This document shows positions 12,201-25,804 of a stretch of DNA of 64,000 bases, piece after piece (positions within the stretch are counted from its first letter, which is position 1; every line of letters starts with the position of its first letter). A program made the position numbers and the translations under genes. The DNA lies in contig OZ024740.1 of NCBI GenBank assembly GCA_964016885.1, positions 414,160,001 through 414,224,000 of the forward strand, given 5' to 3'. Below the pieces are notes generated by a model. The model was not told the origin of the DNA and searched no databases. It saw nothing but the letters and a program-made list of their open reading frames with translations. This DNA is from Eledone cirrhosa. Lineage: Eukaryota.

Positions 12201-15200
12201 TAACATATGTTGCACTGTAGTTTCTTGTATCTAACATATGTTGCACTGTAGTTTCTTGTATCTAACATATCTTGCACTGTAGTTTCTTGTATCTAACATA
12301 TCTTGCACTGTAGTTTCTTGTATCTAACATATGTTGCACTGTAGTTTCTTGTATCTAACATATCTTGCAATATAGTTTCTTGTATCTAACATATCTTGCA
12401 CTGTAGTTTCTTGTATCTAACATATCTTGCACTGTAGTTTCTTGTATCTAACATATGTTGCACTGTATTTTCTTGTATCTAACATATCTTGCACTGTAGT
12501 TTCTTGTATCTAACATATGTTGCACTGTAGTTTCTTGTATCTAACAGATCTTGCACTGTAGTTTCTTGTATCTAACATATGTTGCACTGTAGTTTCTTGT
12601 ATCTAACATATGTTGCACTGTAGTTTCTTGTATCTAACATATGTTGCACTGTAGTTTCTTGTATCTAACATATCTTGCACTGTAGTTTCTTGTATCTAAC
12701 ATATGTTGCACTGTAGTTTCTTGTATCTAACATATCTTGCACTGTAGTTTCTTGTATCTAACATATGTTGCACTGTAGTTTCTTGTATCTAACATATCTT
12801 GCACTGTAGTTTCTTGTATCTAACAGATCTTGCACTGTAGTTTCTTGTATCTAACATATGTTGCACTGTAGTTTCTTGTATCTAACATATCTTGCACTGT
12901 AGTTTCTTGTATCTAACATATGTTGCACTGTAGTTTCTTGTATCTAACATATCTTACACTGTAGTTTCTTGTATCTAACATATGTTGCACTGTAGTTTCT
13001 TGTATCTAACATATCTTGCACTGTAGTTTCTTGTATCTAACATATGTTGCACTGTAGTTTCTTGTATCTAACATATCTTGCACTGTAGTTTCTTGTATCT
13101 AACATATGTTGCACTGTAGTTTCTTGTATCTAACATATGTTGCACTGTAGTTTCTTGTATCTAACATATCTTGCACTGTAGTTTCTTGTATCTAACATAT
13201 GTTGCACTGTAGTTTCTTGTATCTAACATATCTTGCACTGTAGTTTCTTGTATCTAACATATCTTGCACTGTAGTTTCTTGTATCTAACATATGTTGCAC
13301 TGTAGTTTCTTGTATCTAACATATCTTGCACTGTAGTTTCTTGTATCTAACATATGTTGCACTGTAGTTTCTTGTATCTAACCTATGTTGCACTGTAGTT
13401 TCTTGTATCTAACATATGTTGCACTGTAGTTTCTTGTATCTAACATATATTGCACTGTAGTTTCTTGTATCTAACATATGTTGCACTGTAGTTTCTTGTA
13501 TCTAACATATGTTGCACTGTAGTTTCTTGTATCTAACATATCTTGCACTGTAGTTTCTTGTATCTAACATATCTTGCACTGTAGTTTCTTGTATCTAACA
13601 TATCTTGCACTGTAGTTTCTTGTATCTAACATATGTTGCACTGTATTTTCTTGTATCTAACATATCTTGCACTGTAGTTTCTTGTATCTAACATATGTTG
13701 CACTGTAGTTTCTTGTATCTAACAGATCTTGCACTGTAGTTTCTTGTATCTAACATATGTTGCACTGTAGTTTCTTGTATCTAACATATGTTGCACTGTA
13801 GTTTCTTGTATCTAACATATGTTGCACTGTAGTTTCTTGTATCTAACATATCTTGCACTGTAGTTTCTTGTATCTAACATATGTTGCACTGTAGTTTCTT
13901 GTATCTAACATATCTTGCACTGTAGTTTCTTGTATCTAACATATGTTGCACTGTAGTTTCTTGTATCTAACATATCTTGCACTGTAGTTTCTTGTATCTA
14001 ACAGATCTTGCACTGTAGTTTCTTGTATCTAACATATGTTGCACTGTAGTTTCTTGTATCTAACATATCTTGCACTGTAGTTTCTTGTATCTAACATATG
14101 TTGCACTGTAGTTTCTTGTATCTAACATATCTTACACTGTAGTTTCTTGTATCTAACATATGTTGCACTGTAGTTTCTTGTATCTAACATATCTTGCACT
14201 GTAGTTTCTTGTATCTAACATATGTTGCACTGTAGTTTCTTGTATCTAACATATCTTGCACTGTAGTTTCTTGTATCTAACATATGTTGCACTGTAGTTT
14301 CTTGTATCTAACATATGTTGCACTGTAGTTTCTTGTATCTAACATATCTTGCACTGTAGTTTCTTGTATCTAACATATGTTGCACTGTAGTTTCTTGTAT
14401 CTAACATATCTTGCACTGTAGTTTCTTGTATCTAACATATCTTGCACTGTAGTTTCTTGTATCTAACATATGTTGCACTGTAGTTTCTTGTATCTAACAT
14501 ATCTTGCACTGTAGTTTCTTGTATCTAACATATGTTGCACTGTAGTTTCTTGTATCTAACCTATGTTGCACTGTAGTTTCTTGTATCTAACATATGTTGC
14601 ACTGTAGTTTCTTGTATCTAACATATATTGCACTGTAGTTTCTTGTATCTAACATATGTTGCACTGTAGTTTCTTGTATCTAACATATGTTGCACTGTAG
14701 TTTCTTGTATCTAACATATGTTGCACTGTAGTTTCTTGTATCTAACATATGTTGCACTGTAGTTTCTTGTATCTAACATATCTTGCACTGTAGTTTCTTG
14801 TATCTAACATATCTTGCACTGTAGTTTCTTGTATCTAACATATGTTGCACTGTAGTTTCTTGTATCTAACATATCTTGCAATATAGTTTCTTGTATCTAA
14901 CATATCTTGCACTGTAGTTTCTTGTATCTAACATATCTTGCACTGTAGTTTCTTGTATCTAACATATGTTGCACTGTATTTTCTTGTATCTAACATATCT
15001 TGCACTGTAGTTTCTTGTATCTAACATATGTTGCACTGTAGTTTCTTGTATCTAACAGATCTTGCACTGTAGTTTCTTGTATCTAACATATGTTGCACTG
15101 TAGTTTCTTGTATCTAACATATCTTGCACTGTAGTTTCTTGTATCTAACATATGTTGCACTGTAGTTTCTTGTATCTAACATATCTTGCACTGTAGTTTC

Positions 15201-18200
15201 TTGTATCTAACATATGTTGCACTGTAGTTTCTTGTATCTAACATATCTTGCACTGTAGTTTCTTGTATCTAACATATGTTGCACTGTAGTTTCTTGTATC
15301 TAACATATGTTGCACTGTAGTTTCTTGTATCTAACATATGTTGCACTGTAGTTTCTTGTATCTAACATATGTTGCACTGTAGTTTCTTGTATCTAACATA
15401 TCTTGCACTGTAGTTTCTTGTATCTAACATATGTTGCACTGTAGTTTCTTGTATCTAACATATGTTGCACTGTAGTTTCTTGTATCTAACATATGTTGCA
15501 CTGTAGTTTCTTGTATCTAACATATGTTGCACTGTAGTTTCTTGTATCTAACATATGTTGCACTGTAGTTTCTTGTATCTAACATATGTTGCACTGTAGT
15601 TTCTTGTATCTAACATATCTTGCACTGTAGTTTCTTGTATCTAACATATGTTGCACTGTAGTTTCTTGTATCTAACATATGTTGCACTGTAGTTTCTTGT
15701 ATCTAACATATGTTGCACTGTAGTTTCTTGTATCTAACATATGTTGCACTGTAGTTTCTTGTATCTAACATATCTTGCACTGTAGTTTCTTGTATCTAAC
15801 ATATGTTGCACTGTAGTTTCTTGTATCTAACATATCTTGCACTGTAGTTTCTTGTATCTAACATATCTTGCACTGTAGTTTCTTGTATCTAACATATGTT
15901 GCACTGTAGTTTCTTGTATCTAACATATCTTGCAATATAGTTTCTTGTATCTAACATATCTTGCACTGTAGTTTCTTGTATCTAACATATGTTGCACTGT
16001 AGTTTCTTGTATCTAACATATCTTGCAATATAGTTTCTTGTATCTAACATATGTTGCACTGTAGTTTCTTGTATCTAACATATGTTGCACTGTAGTTTCT
16101 TGTATCTAACATATGTTGCACTGTAGTTTCTTGTATCTAACATATCTTGCACTGTAGTTTCTTGTATCTAACATATCTTGCACTGTAGTTTCTTGTATCT
16201 AACATATGTTGCACTGTAGTTTCTTGTATCTAACATATGTTGCACTGTAGTTTCTTGTATCTAACATATGTTGCACTGTAGTTTCTTGTATCTAACATAT
16301 GTTGCACTGTAGTTTCTTGTATCTAACATATCTTGCACTGTAGTTTCTTGTATCTAACATATGTTGCACTGTAGTTTCTTGTATCTAACATATCTTGCAC
16401 TGTAGTTTCTTGTATCTAACATATCTTTCACTGTAGTTTCTTGTATCTAACATATCTTGCACTGTAGTTTCTTGTATCTAACATATCTTGCACTGTAGTT
16501 TCTTGTATCTAACATATCTTGCACTGTAGTTTCTTGTATCTAACATATGTTGCACTGTAGTTTCTTGTATCTAACATATCTTGCACTGTAGTTTCTTGTA
16601 TCTAACATATGTTGCACTGTAATTTCTTGTATCTAACATATCTTGCAATATAGTTTCTTGTATCTAACATATCTTGCACTGTAGTTTCTTGTATCTAACA
16701 TATCTTGCACTGTAGTTTCTTGTATCTAACATATCTTGCACTGTAGTTTCTTGTATCTAACATATGTTGCACTGTAGTTTCTTGTATCTAACATATGTTG
16801 CACTGTAGTTTCTTGTATCTAACATATCTTGCACTGTAGTTTCTTGTATCTAACATATGTTGCACTGTAGTTTCTTGTATCTAACATATCTTGCAATATA
16901 GTTTCTTGTATCTAACATATCTTGCACTGTAGTTTCTTGTATCTAACATATCTTGCACTGTAGTTTCTTGTATCTAACATATCTTGCACTGTAGTTTCTT
17001 GTATCTAACATATCTTGTACTGTAGTTTCTTGTATCTAACATATCTTGCACTGTAGTTTCTTGTATCTAACATATGTTGCACTGTAGTTTCTTGTATCTA
17101 ACATATCTTGCACTGTAGTTTCTTGTATCTAACATATGTTGCACTGTAGTTTCTTGTATCTAACATATCTTGCAATATATTTTCTTGTATCTAACATATC
17201 TTGCACTGTAGTTTCTTGTATCTAACATATCTTGCACTGTAGTTTCTTGTATCTAACATATGTTGCACTGTAGTTTCTTGTATCTAACATATCTTGCAAT
17301 ATAGTTTCTTGTATCTAACATATCTTGCACTGTAGTTTCTTGTATCTAACATATCTTGCACTGTAGTTTCTTGTATCTAACATATCTTGCACTGTAGTTT
17401 CTTGTATCTAACATATGTTGCACTGTAGTTTCTTGTATCTAACATATCTTGCAATATAGTTTCTTGTATCTAACATATCTTGCACTGTAGTTTCTTGTAT
17501 CTAACATATCTTGCAATATAGTTTCTTGTATCTAACATATGTTGCACTGTAGTTTCTTGTATCTAACATATCTTGCACTGTAGTTTCTTGTATCTAACAT
17601 ATCTTGTACTGTAGTTTCTTGTATCTAACATATCTTGCACTCTAGTTTCTTGTATCTAACATATGTTGCACTGTAGTTTCTTGTATCTAACATATCTTGC
17701 ACTGTAGTTTCTTGTATCTAACATATGTTGCACTGTAGTTTCTTGTATCTAACATATCTTGCAATATATTTTCTTGTATCTAACATATCTTGCACTGTAG
17801 TTTCTTGTATCTAACATATCTTGCACTGTAGCTTCTTGTATCTAACATATCTTGCACTATAGTTTCTTGTATCTAACATATGTTGCACTGTAGTTTCTTG
17901 TATCTAACATATGTTGCACTGTAGTTTCTTGTATCTAACATATGTTGCACTGTAGTTTTTTGTATCTAACATATGTTGCACTGTAGTTTCTTGTATCTAA
18001 CATATCTTGCACTGTAGTTTCTTGTATCTAACATATCTTGCACTGTAGTTTCTTGTATCGAACATATGTTGCACTGTAGTTTCTTGTATCTAACATATCT
18101 TGCAATATAGTTTCTTGTATCTAACATATCTTGCACTGTAGTTTCTTGTATCTAACATATGTTGCACTGTAGTTTCTTGTATCTAACATATCTTGCACTG

Positions 18201-18205
18201 TAGTT
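9244..18205. repeat. 31-bp satellite, ~289 copies: GTTTCTTGTATCTAACATAT(G/C)TTGCACTGTA
   Basis: Direct 31-nt periodicity, no spacers, one polymorphic G/C site plus rare variants. Confidence 0.98.
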
Positions 18206-19012
18206 GCAATATGATTTCATATTTTGCTTCTTATAATTTTCATATCTTGTTTTCATATAACCGATGAAATACAGTTGTAAATATTTTGGTTCATCTTTCC
18301 ATTTAACAGTCCTGTTAACTCACCATTACATTTCTTAGCATCACAATTTGGAAAAATGTTATTCATTAAGGAAATTTGAATTAAAGCTTCTGTGATATAC
18401 TCTTTATATGAATTGTAACTAAAAACAGCAAAGTTCCAATCGACAACCTTTTTAAACGGTAAATCGCCTGTTCTTTTTCTCTGTTCACATAAACTTCGAG
18501 TTGTTTGAGCTTCAGTTTCTCCGTGCCACCTTTGGGCTGCTGTATTTGACGAATAGTTGCTTTCCTTGCCATATCACCAGCAAGTCATTCTGATTTTTGT
18601 TATTCTGATTCATTTTACCTATATTTCATTGATGTTATTCTTTGTTTATGGAGTCTTTCTTGTTGCTGCACTTTCCTTTCATTCTTCCTTTGTAGCTTCT
18701 TTGCCATAGCTTTATGAGACTTTCTCTCAAATGAAAGTCAATTCTTCGGTGGTAATTTTTGCTTGCATCTTCAGTCACATTCCCTCGTTGTGAAGACAGT
18801 AACTCACGACGATCGACGGGACCACAGATTGACAAAGAGACACACAAAAAAACATATAAACAAATAAATATAGGTCCAAGTGTGATAAAACCCTATTCCT
18901 TAGTCTAAAGAACTCACATACCAAGCTTGAACATGATTGGTTCACTGGTTTTAAGTGCATGGGAGGTAAACAGACAAACAAACGAACTGTAGATATGTGT
19001 ACACATATATAT

Positions 19013-19013
<1 letters not shown>

Positions 19014-19089
<76 letters not shown>

Positions 19090-19115
19090 TGCAGCAGTAA
19101 TAGTAATAGTAGTAG
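19014..19115. repeat. (TAG)n microsatellite
   Basis: Directly visible. Confidence 0.95.
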
Positions 19116-19124
19116 TATAACATT

Positions 19125-19315
19125 GAAGGCAGAATCGTTCTAACGTCGGATAAAATTATTTGCGGTATTTGTTCTGATTTCAGATCTCGCAGCAGACAAC
19201 TTTGCCTTTCATCAGTCTGGGGTTGATAAAATAAGGTACCAGTCAAATACTAGGGATGATGGAATCAGCTTTCTTCACCCCATACATTGCAAACATTGTG
19301 CTTGGATTAGAAATT
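19125..19315 (+). mobile_element. Diverged SINE copy
   Basis: aactttgcctttcatcagtctggggttgataaaataaggtaccagt core. Confidence 0.7.
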
Positions 19316-19399
19316 GTAGGATAAAATTGTAGGATGAAATATCCCAAATTTCCCCTGGTTTTTAAGAACATCACCGAGCATGGCAGCTAATCTCCTTAA

Positions 19400-20150
19400 C
19401 ATTCAGGATTGATAAACAGACCATTCAACATCGTTTATGATTCAAAATCAAGAAATATCATAAGAGCATCAAACAAGAAATCCGAGACTACAATAAAAAT
19501 GTTCACAATAGTTTCTTTTATTTATTTTATTTTCCCTTATTCAACACTAAGAAAATATTGTGAAGAACACAATGATAGATATTGCTGACGATAGATAATA
19601 CTCCAGACAAAATCTACATATGGACACATGTAAATCTGGATTTCTTTACCTAGCACAAGACATCACTTCCTTACTCTATCCCATTGATTAGCCTCTAATA
19701 TATAATATCAAGGTCAACCATCTACGCTGCTCTTTCAAACACTTGTTAAAAAAACAAATCGCCAAGATAAATAATCTATCAGGGATTTTAGTAAAATTAT
19801 CATATCAAATATTCCATAGACAAGAGCGGAAAAACCTAAGATAAATTAACTGTGACCTGCATGAGAAGGGTTTGAAAGAAGATATGTTGAAAAGCATGTA
19901 ACGAATTCTTGACGATTGACGAAGAAATAGTACCAGCGGTCGTTTATCAAATTACCAAGTTAGCCAATGAAATGGGGATGTAAAATCTCAATGTGGAACA
20001 TTTTGAGCAGGTAATAAATAACCTATGATAGAAAGATTTTATCTGTTCAAGTGCTGCAGAAGTTTACGCGCATCCAAACTAAACCTGAAAATTCTACAGT
20101 AGAACCAAAAATATCAGCAAGAATTTTTATTATTGACTTCCTCAGTAACT
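19400..20150 (+). pseudogene. Degraded pogo/Tigger-like DDE transposase remnant
   Basis: Fragments ILLTIDNTPD (cf. LLLLDNAPGH), DITSLLYPID*PLIYNIKVNHLR (cf. NTTSLIQPMDQGVIxxFKxxY), VTCMRRV*KKIC and ITKLANEMGM. Confidence 0.65.
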
Positions 20151-20955
20151 ACATCCTGCGATTAAATAAATCCTGAATCAGTTTACTGAGAACTAGCTTG
20201 ACTTGAAGAAAAGCAGTGTGGTTATTTTAGGTATATTCTGCTGCTGCAATATGTCGTTTATAAACAAAGACTCAAGACAGCGCACATGATATTGGATTCA
20301 GCAAGGAAGAAGAGCTAGATTCCGCTTCCCCTATCTTCTGTCATATGCCTCATTTTTGTTATTCAATAGAATTTATTGATAAGAATACTCGTGATTAAAG
20401 TTGATTAATCTAAACTGGTTCATAACTATCGATCATAATGTGGAATATCACGTTATTATCTAAATTTAAGGTCTTTCAGAGAGTGATAGCTTCTGCATTT
20501 TAAGATCATTTGACGATTTTTAACATTTACATTTGTGTATTATCATTGTTAAAATAGCCTGTCAAACTGGTATCTCTATAAATGTTATATTATAATTACC
20601 CATACAACACTTTTTCGCTAGGAACTATGTTTTAGGAACGTATCTAACGCGCTAATCAAGGTACCAATATATATATATATAAATATATATACATATAGGA
20701 ATGGGTAGCAGTAAACTATGGTACAGGCCTAAGTCGGTCTTTGTTTGGCTGAGAGGGTGAAGTGACTAAGCGAATTTCGTTGAAATCTGCGGTAGCTAAT
20801 GGTCAACTACCTTCGGACATGCGCCTGCGCAGACCGGTGGGGGTGAATTGGTACTCACAGGGGAACGGATGAAGAACCCAAAAGCACACACTTCGTCCGT
20901 TGCCATGTCGATTCAATTTGGATTGCCTCGGAAACATAACCTTATTATGTAACAA

Positions 20956-21029
20956 GCTGTCTGATGATGTCACGACACTCGCACACAGAACAGTGTGGCC
21001 AGTGTCGTCATTGAAATATATGTCACAGC
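20956..21029 (+). ncRNA. Minimal type I hammerhead ribozyme in an ORF-less (TA)n-flanked module (~20698-21158)
   Basis: gctgt-CTGATGA-t..acgacact..agtgtcgt..t-GAAAT-ATAT-GTC-acagc, with perfect stem I. Confidence 0.75.
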
Positions 21030-21157
21030 ATTATTATTAAAGGACTTGAACATCTGAAACTACTTCGCTTTTCCTTATTTGATATTTACTCCGTCATTCC
21101 TATGTGGAAAAAGTACGTTGAGTGCTTGAATTGAATTGCATCAATGTTTACCCTAAG

Positions 21158-21266
<109 letters not shown>

Positions 21267-22155
21267 AACAGATTAAAGTTTAAGCAAAGAATCGCTGCTT
21301 TCACCCTTAACGGGATCTTCTGAAACTAACAATGTCAAGCTGTAAACGCAGATGTGAATATTTCAAAAAACGTTGCAACCGGAGGAAGACAGCAAGACGA
21401 TACTTTGGTTCGTGGAAACGTTCCCTGGCAAAGAACGGGAAAAATCGAATATAATACGTCATTATTTGGAGCGGTGAAAAACAATTACACGCAAAGACAA
21501 AACCACGTTTATGGTATAAAAGAAGTCGTAGACAAATATTCTATTAGGTTGTTCATAGAGACGTTCTCAGACAATGAACGAAAAAAACGAAGATAATACG
21601 TCATGTGTGGAGCGTGGAGAACAATTGCACGCGAAGACAAAGCCACGTAAATGGTATAACTGAAGTCGTAGACTAAACTTCTAACTAGGAAACCGAATGA
21701 TTCTCCGCTTCAGAGTTAAGAATAAAGTAAATAAAATACAGAGGTAATTGAAATTAAATAAATACATACACGCATCCAAATACGTACATACACAAGCATA
21801 CGCGAAAACACTCGCCATGGGTATACAAATACACGCACATATAAATATGCGTGTGTGTGTGTGCATGTATACAAATAATTAAATAAACGTATATAAATAA
21901 ATAAATACGTATATAACAAGCGCACACACGTACCTACATGTAAATACATAAATGTTCGGTGACGTACTTCAACCAAAACACGAAGTACACATATACACAC
22001 ACCCTACATACGTACGAACCCGCATACTCACACAGAGACAAAACTCAGGTATACACATAACCAAAAGCATATGTACCAAAATATATAAAAATATACGCCA
22101 TAACATATACAATCAAATATACGTACGAGAAAGTATACGTACCTTCACAAAACAA

Positions 22156-23373
22156 TCCAATAGTACCCCATTCGACGTGAATATGAGCGCCAGCGATTCT
22201 GCGGAGGTTACTGATCTTATCGGCCTTTTCCTTCTTTTCTCTATCAAGGACGAATTCCCCAACGCGGGCGGTGGTTTGTACCGTGATGATGGTCTTTTGA
22301 CCATGACTAAGTGCGGCCCTTGTGCTTGCGACAGGTTCAGAAAAGAACTCACAGCCTTCTTTAAAGGCTTTGACCTCTCTATACAGGTTGAGGCCAACCT
22401 CTCGGTCTTTAATTACCTCGACGTTACCCTCAATTTATCGAATGGCTTGTATTAACCGTATAGAAAGCCGAATGATACGCTTAATTACATAAATAAGCAT
22501 TCCAACCATCCTGCCAGCATAACCAAGAACCTGGTAAAAAACGTTTCGTTGAGGCTTTCCCGTCTATCTACTAACGAGAATATTTTCAACGACCATTCCA
22601 CATATTACAATGAAGCTCTTGCTCGGAGTGGATTTGTCGATAAGGTAGCATATACAGAGTACGAGAATAGACCTAGAAGAAATAGATCCCGACGTATTAC
22701 ATGGTATAACCCACCATATAATATGGAGGTGGCCACAACATTAGCTAAGATCTTTCTATCCCTTATTACGAAGCATTTTCCCACTACACATAAATATAGT
22801 AACATTTTTAATAGAAATACTATTTAAATTTCTTACTCTACGACTCCTAACCTTGCACATAACATCACAGCTTCAAATTTAGCTAATCTACCTAGCCGTA
22901 GGAACACGTATAACCCTGTAGTTAGTACTAACTGTAATTGTACGAATCGGGTTGATTGCCCCCTATCTGGGAGATGCCTCTCTAGTAACATTGTCTACAA
23001 ATGTAAGGTTGAAACATCCACGTACCGTAGGGCCTACATAGGGTTAACCGCCAATAGATTCAAGCAGCGTCTTTACATGCATACCCATTCTTTTCGTTAC
23101 CCTCTAAGAAGGAATATGACGTCACTTTCAGCTTATATCTGGAGTCTAAAAGACAACCACACCCAATATAAGTTATACTGGGACATCCTAGCTAGGGCTA
23201 GATCGCATAACGGAAATAAAAGTCCATGTGACCTCTGCGCCGCTGAGGCCCTGGAAATACTCTACGCCACAGACCACATCTTAAACAAAAAATCTGAGGC
23301 AATTTCAGCTTGTAAACATAAATTGCACAAAACGTTCCTGTATTACAGCCCCACATTATACCCTAACGGATAG
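22156..23373 (+). pseudogene. PLE RT (FDVNM..DSAEVTDLIG; YRDDGL) plus CxC linker and GIY-YIG endonuclease; single frame with two TAA stops
   Basis: Track ORFs 21952-22455, 22549-22827 and 23077-23373 are in one frame. Motifs: YLDVTLNL, SNHP, ITWYNPPY, CNCTNRVDCPLSGRC, IVYKC..YIGLT..FKQR, CDLC..E..LNKKSE..CKH. Possibly Hydra clade (inference). Confidence 0.92.
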
Positions 23374-24299
23374 TACGATTTATACGCGGATGTTTTACGT
23401 CTTGATGTGGTAGCTAAGTATATGTTATGTTTATACCATTACTTATTTGCATAGGTAAGTATATATTACCTGTATGTTTTGTGAAGGTACGTATACTTTC
23501 TCGTACGTATATTTGATTGTATATGTTATGGCGTATATTTTTATATATTCTGGTACATATGCTTTTGGTTATGTGTTTACGTGAGTTTTGCGTCTGTGTG
23601 AGTATGCGGGTTCGTACGTATGTAGGGTGTGTATATATATGTACTTCGTGTTTTGGTTGATATACGTCTCCGAACATTTATGTATTTACATGTAGGTACG
23701 TGTGTGCGCTTGTTATATACGTATTTATTTATTTATATACGTTTATTTAATTATTTGTATACATGCACACACACACATATTTATATGTGCGTGTATTTGT
23801 ATACCTATGGCGAGTGTTTTCGCGTATGCTTGTGTATGTACGTATTTGGATGTGTGTATGTATTTATTTAATTTCAATTACCTCTGTATTTTATTTACTT
23901 TATTCTTAACTCTGAAGCCGAAAATCATTTGGTTTCCTAGTTAGAATTTTAGTCTACGACTTCAGTTATACCATTTACGTGGTTTTGTCTTTGCGTGCTA
24001 TTGTTCTCCACGCACCACATATGACGTATTATCTTCGTTTTTTTTTCGTTCATTGCCTGAGAACGTCTCTATGAACCACCTAATAGAATATTTGTCTACG
24101 ACTTCTTTTATACCATATACGTGGTTTTGTCTTTGCGTGTAATTGTTTTTCACCCCTCCAAATAATGAGGTATTATATTTGTTTTTTCCCGTTCTTTGCC
24201 AGGGAAATTTTCCACGAACCAAAGTATCGTCTTCCTGTCTTCCTCCGGCTGCAACTTTTTTTGAAATATTCACTTCTGCGTTTACAGATTGACTTTGTT

Positions 24300-24350
24300 A
24301 GTTTCAGACGATCCTATTAAGGGTGAAAGCAGCGATTCTTTGCTTAAACT
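24300..24350 (+). ncRNA. Hammerhead-like motif of the PLE pseudo-LTR with A at core position 4; reverse copies at 21277-21327 and 62488-62538
   Basis: agttt-CAGA(C/A)GA-tcc(c/t)..gggt-GAAA-gca..tgc-TT-aaact. Confidence 0.6.
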
Positions 24351-24505
24351 TTAATCTGTTATTTTAACAAATATTTGCTCTACGGTTCTTATATATTTGA
24401 TATATATTTATCCTTATCGAGCCCTCTTTGGATTTTAGTCTTCGAATTTATTATTATTACTATATATATATATATATATATATATTTAATATATATATAT
24501 TTAAT

Positions 24506-24689
24506 ATAGAAAGGCTTCTACGGGATTAGAACTGTTTCATTCGGTAGAAATCATCAAGAAGCCCTGATGATTTATACCAAATGAAATAGTTCTAGTCCTG
24601 TAGAAGCATTTCTATCTTAAATATGTATACTCTGCTTTGTACCGAGTACCTTACTTACTGTGGTTACTCCCGATTGAACCCGGGATAAA

Positions 24690-24692
<3 letters not shown>
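24506..24692 (+). mobile_element. Fold-back insert made of head-to-head hammerhead copies plus tail, in (TA)n
   Basis: Minus strand 24513-24563: ggcttc-TTGATGA-tttc.tacc.gaat-GAAAC..GTA-gaagcc. Plus arm: CTGATGA..GAAAT..GTA-gaagc. Confidence 0.7.
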
Positions 24693-24733
<41 letters not shown>

Positions 24734-25029
24734 TGTGTGTGTCTGTCTGTGTGTGTACATATTCTATTTTATATGTGATGTACTGTTAACGTAAAATTGG
24801 CTAATTATTCATTCATTTACCATGTAATACAATCGATCGCGATGTGCTGCTGTGAAGCTCCTCAGTAATTCAGAGGAATGTTTTCTCTTCTATTACTAAA
24901 TATCTGCGGATGCTACTTATTGTTTTCACCGTTCACAGTAGGTAGGAATCTTGTTTCTCTTCCCTACGTTTACCTTGAATGACAATTACATTGGAGTCGG
25001 TGTATTAGTACATTCAACGTTGTACATTC

Positions 25030-25132
25030 ACCGTCGACGTCGTCGTTATCGCCTTCGTCGTCGTCGTCGCCGCTGCCGCCATCGTCGTCGCCGTCGTCAC
25101 CGCCATCGTCGTCATCGTTGTTGTCGTCGATG
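25030..25132. repeat. (CGT/CGC)n trinucleotide repeat
   Basis: Directly visible. Confidence 0.9.
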
Positions 25133-25804
25133 CTGCTGTTTGTTCGATTCGTTTATTTTATTTTAATATCCGAGATATAATTGACTGTAGTTGTATTATA
25201 TCGTATATAATACCGTTAATGTCAGTGTTGTCAAGGTCACTATTTATTTGACGTTGTTTCTATTTAGTACAACCTATCTGTTGCATTGATCGAGTGTTTG
25301 CAATGTTCCAGCTATTTAATTCCATAATAAGCAATTATTTTACTTCCCACGGTTACAAATTATACAAAGCTGAAATAACGACGGATAATCTATGTACATT
25401 TTCAATCTAATGATAACCAACTGTCACTTAAACCCCAACTTAGCATATGTTTCTAGAATAACAGGATGGACCCGGCTGGAATGTCTTTGATCATAGGTAT
25501 CGGGTTATATTTGGGACTCTGCATATATAGAGCGTATCTATACGTAGTCACTCAATCTACTAGAAATATCTATGAAATCTACATAAAATCAAAGCCAAGC
25601 ACTTTTAAAAAGAAGTAATCTATTACACACTATAACCCAAGATACTCACTGCGTAAAAATAAAAGACGAGATGATGAGGGAGGAGATGCATTTGATAAAA
25701 GGTACATTTGGTCTTGAGATATACAGTAATTTAAACATATAAACGTAACTTCTGTTTAGCTTTCTTCTTTAAAATAAAATGCAAATCAATATTTTGTATA
25801 TGTC

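Larger units (their letters stand above)
8990..18993 (-). mobile_element. Non-autonomous, internally deleted Helitron hosting the satellite array
   Basis: The minus-strand 5' end near 18993 is TC followed by gtttgtttgtctgttt...aaaaccagtgaaccaatcatgttcaagcttggtatg, a Helitron-type 5' motif. Rep N-terminal remnants at 18205-18560 read NFAVFSYNSYKEY..IQISLMNNIFPNCDAKKCNGE and DEPKYLQLYFIG. Both flanks of the array align with the Helitron fragment at 27919-28320. Confidence 0.7.

Noticed and set aside
9244-18205. 31-bp repeat array as CRISPR or as a coding repeat
   Set aside because: There are no spacers and no cas genes, the context is eukaryotic, and the 31-nt period shifts frame and hits stops on both strands.
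21952-22154. N-terminal part of the 167-aa ORF as real protein
   Set aside because: It is read-through from the inverted pseudo-LTR arm; RT homology starts only at ~22156.
24951-25166. Arg-rich protamine-like ORF
   Set aside because: It is explained by a (CGT/CGC)n repeat, has a non-ATG start and has no other gene evidence.
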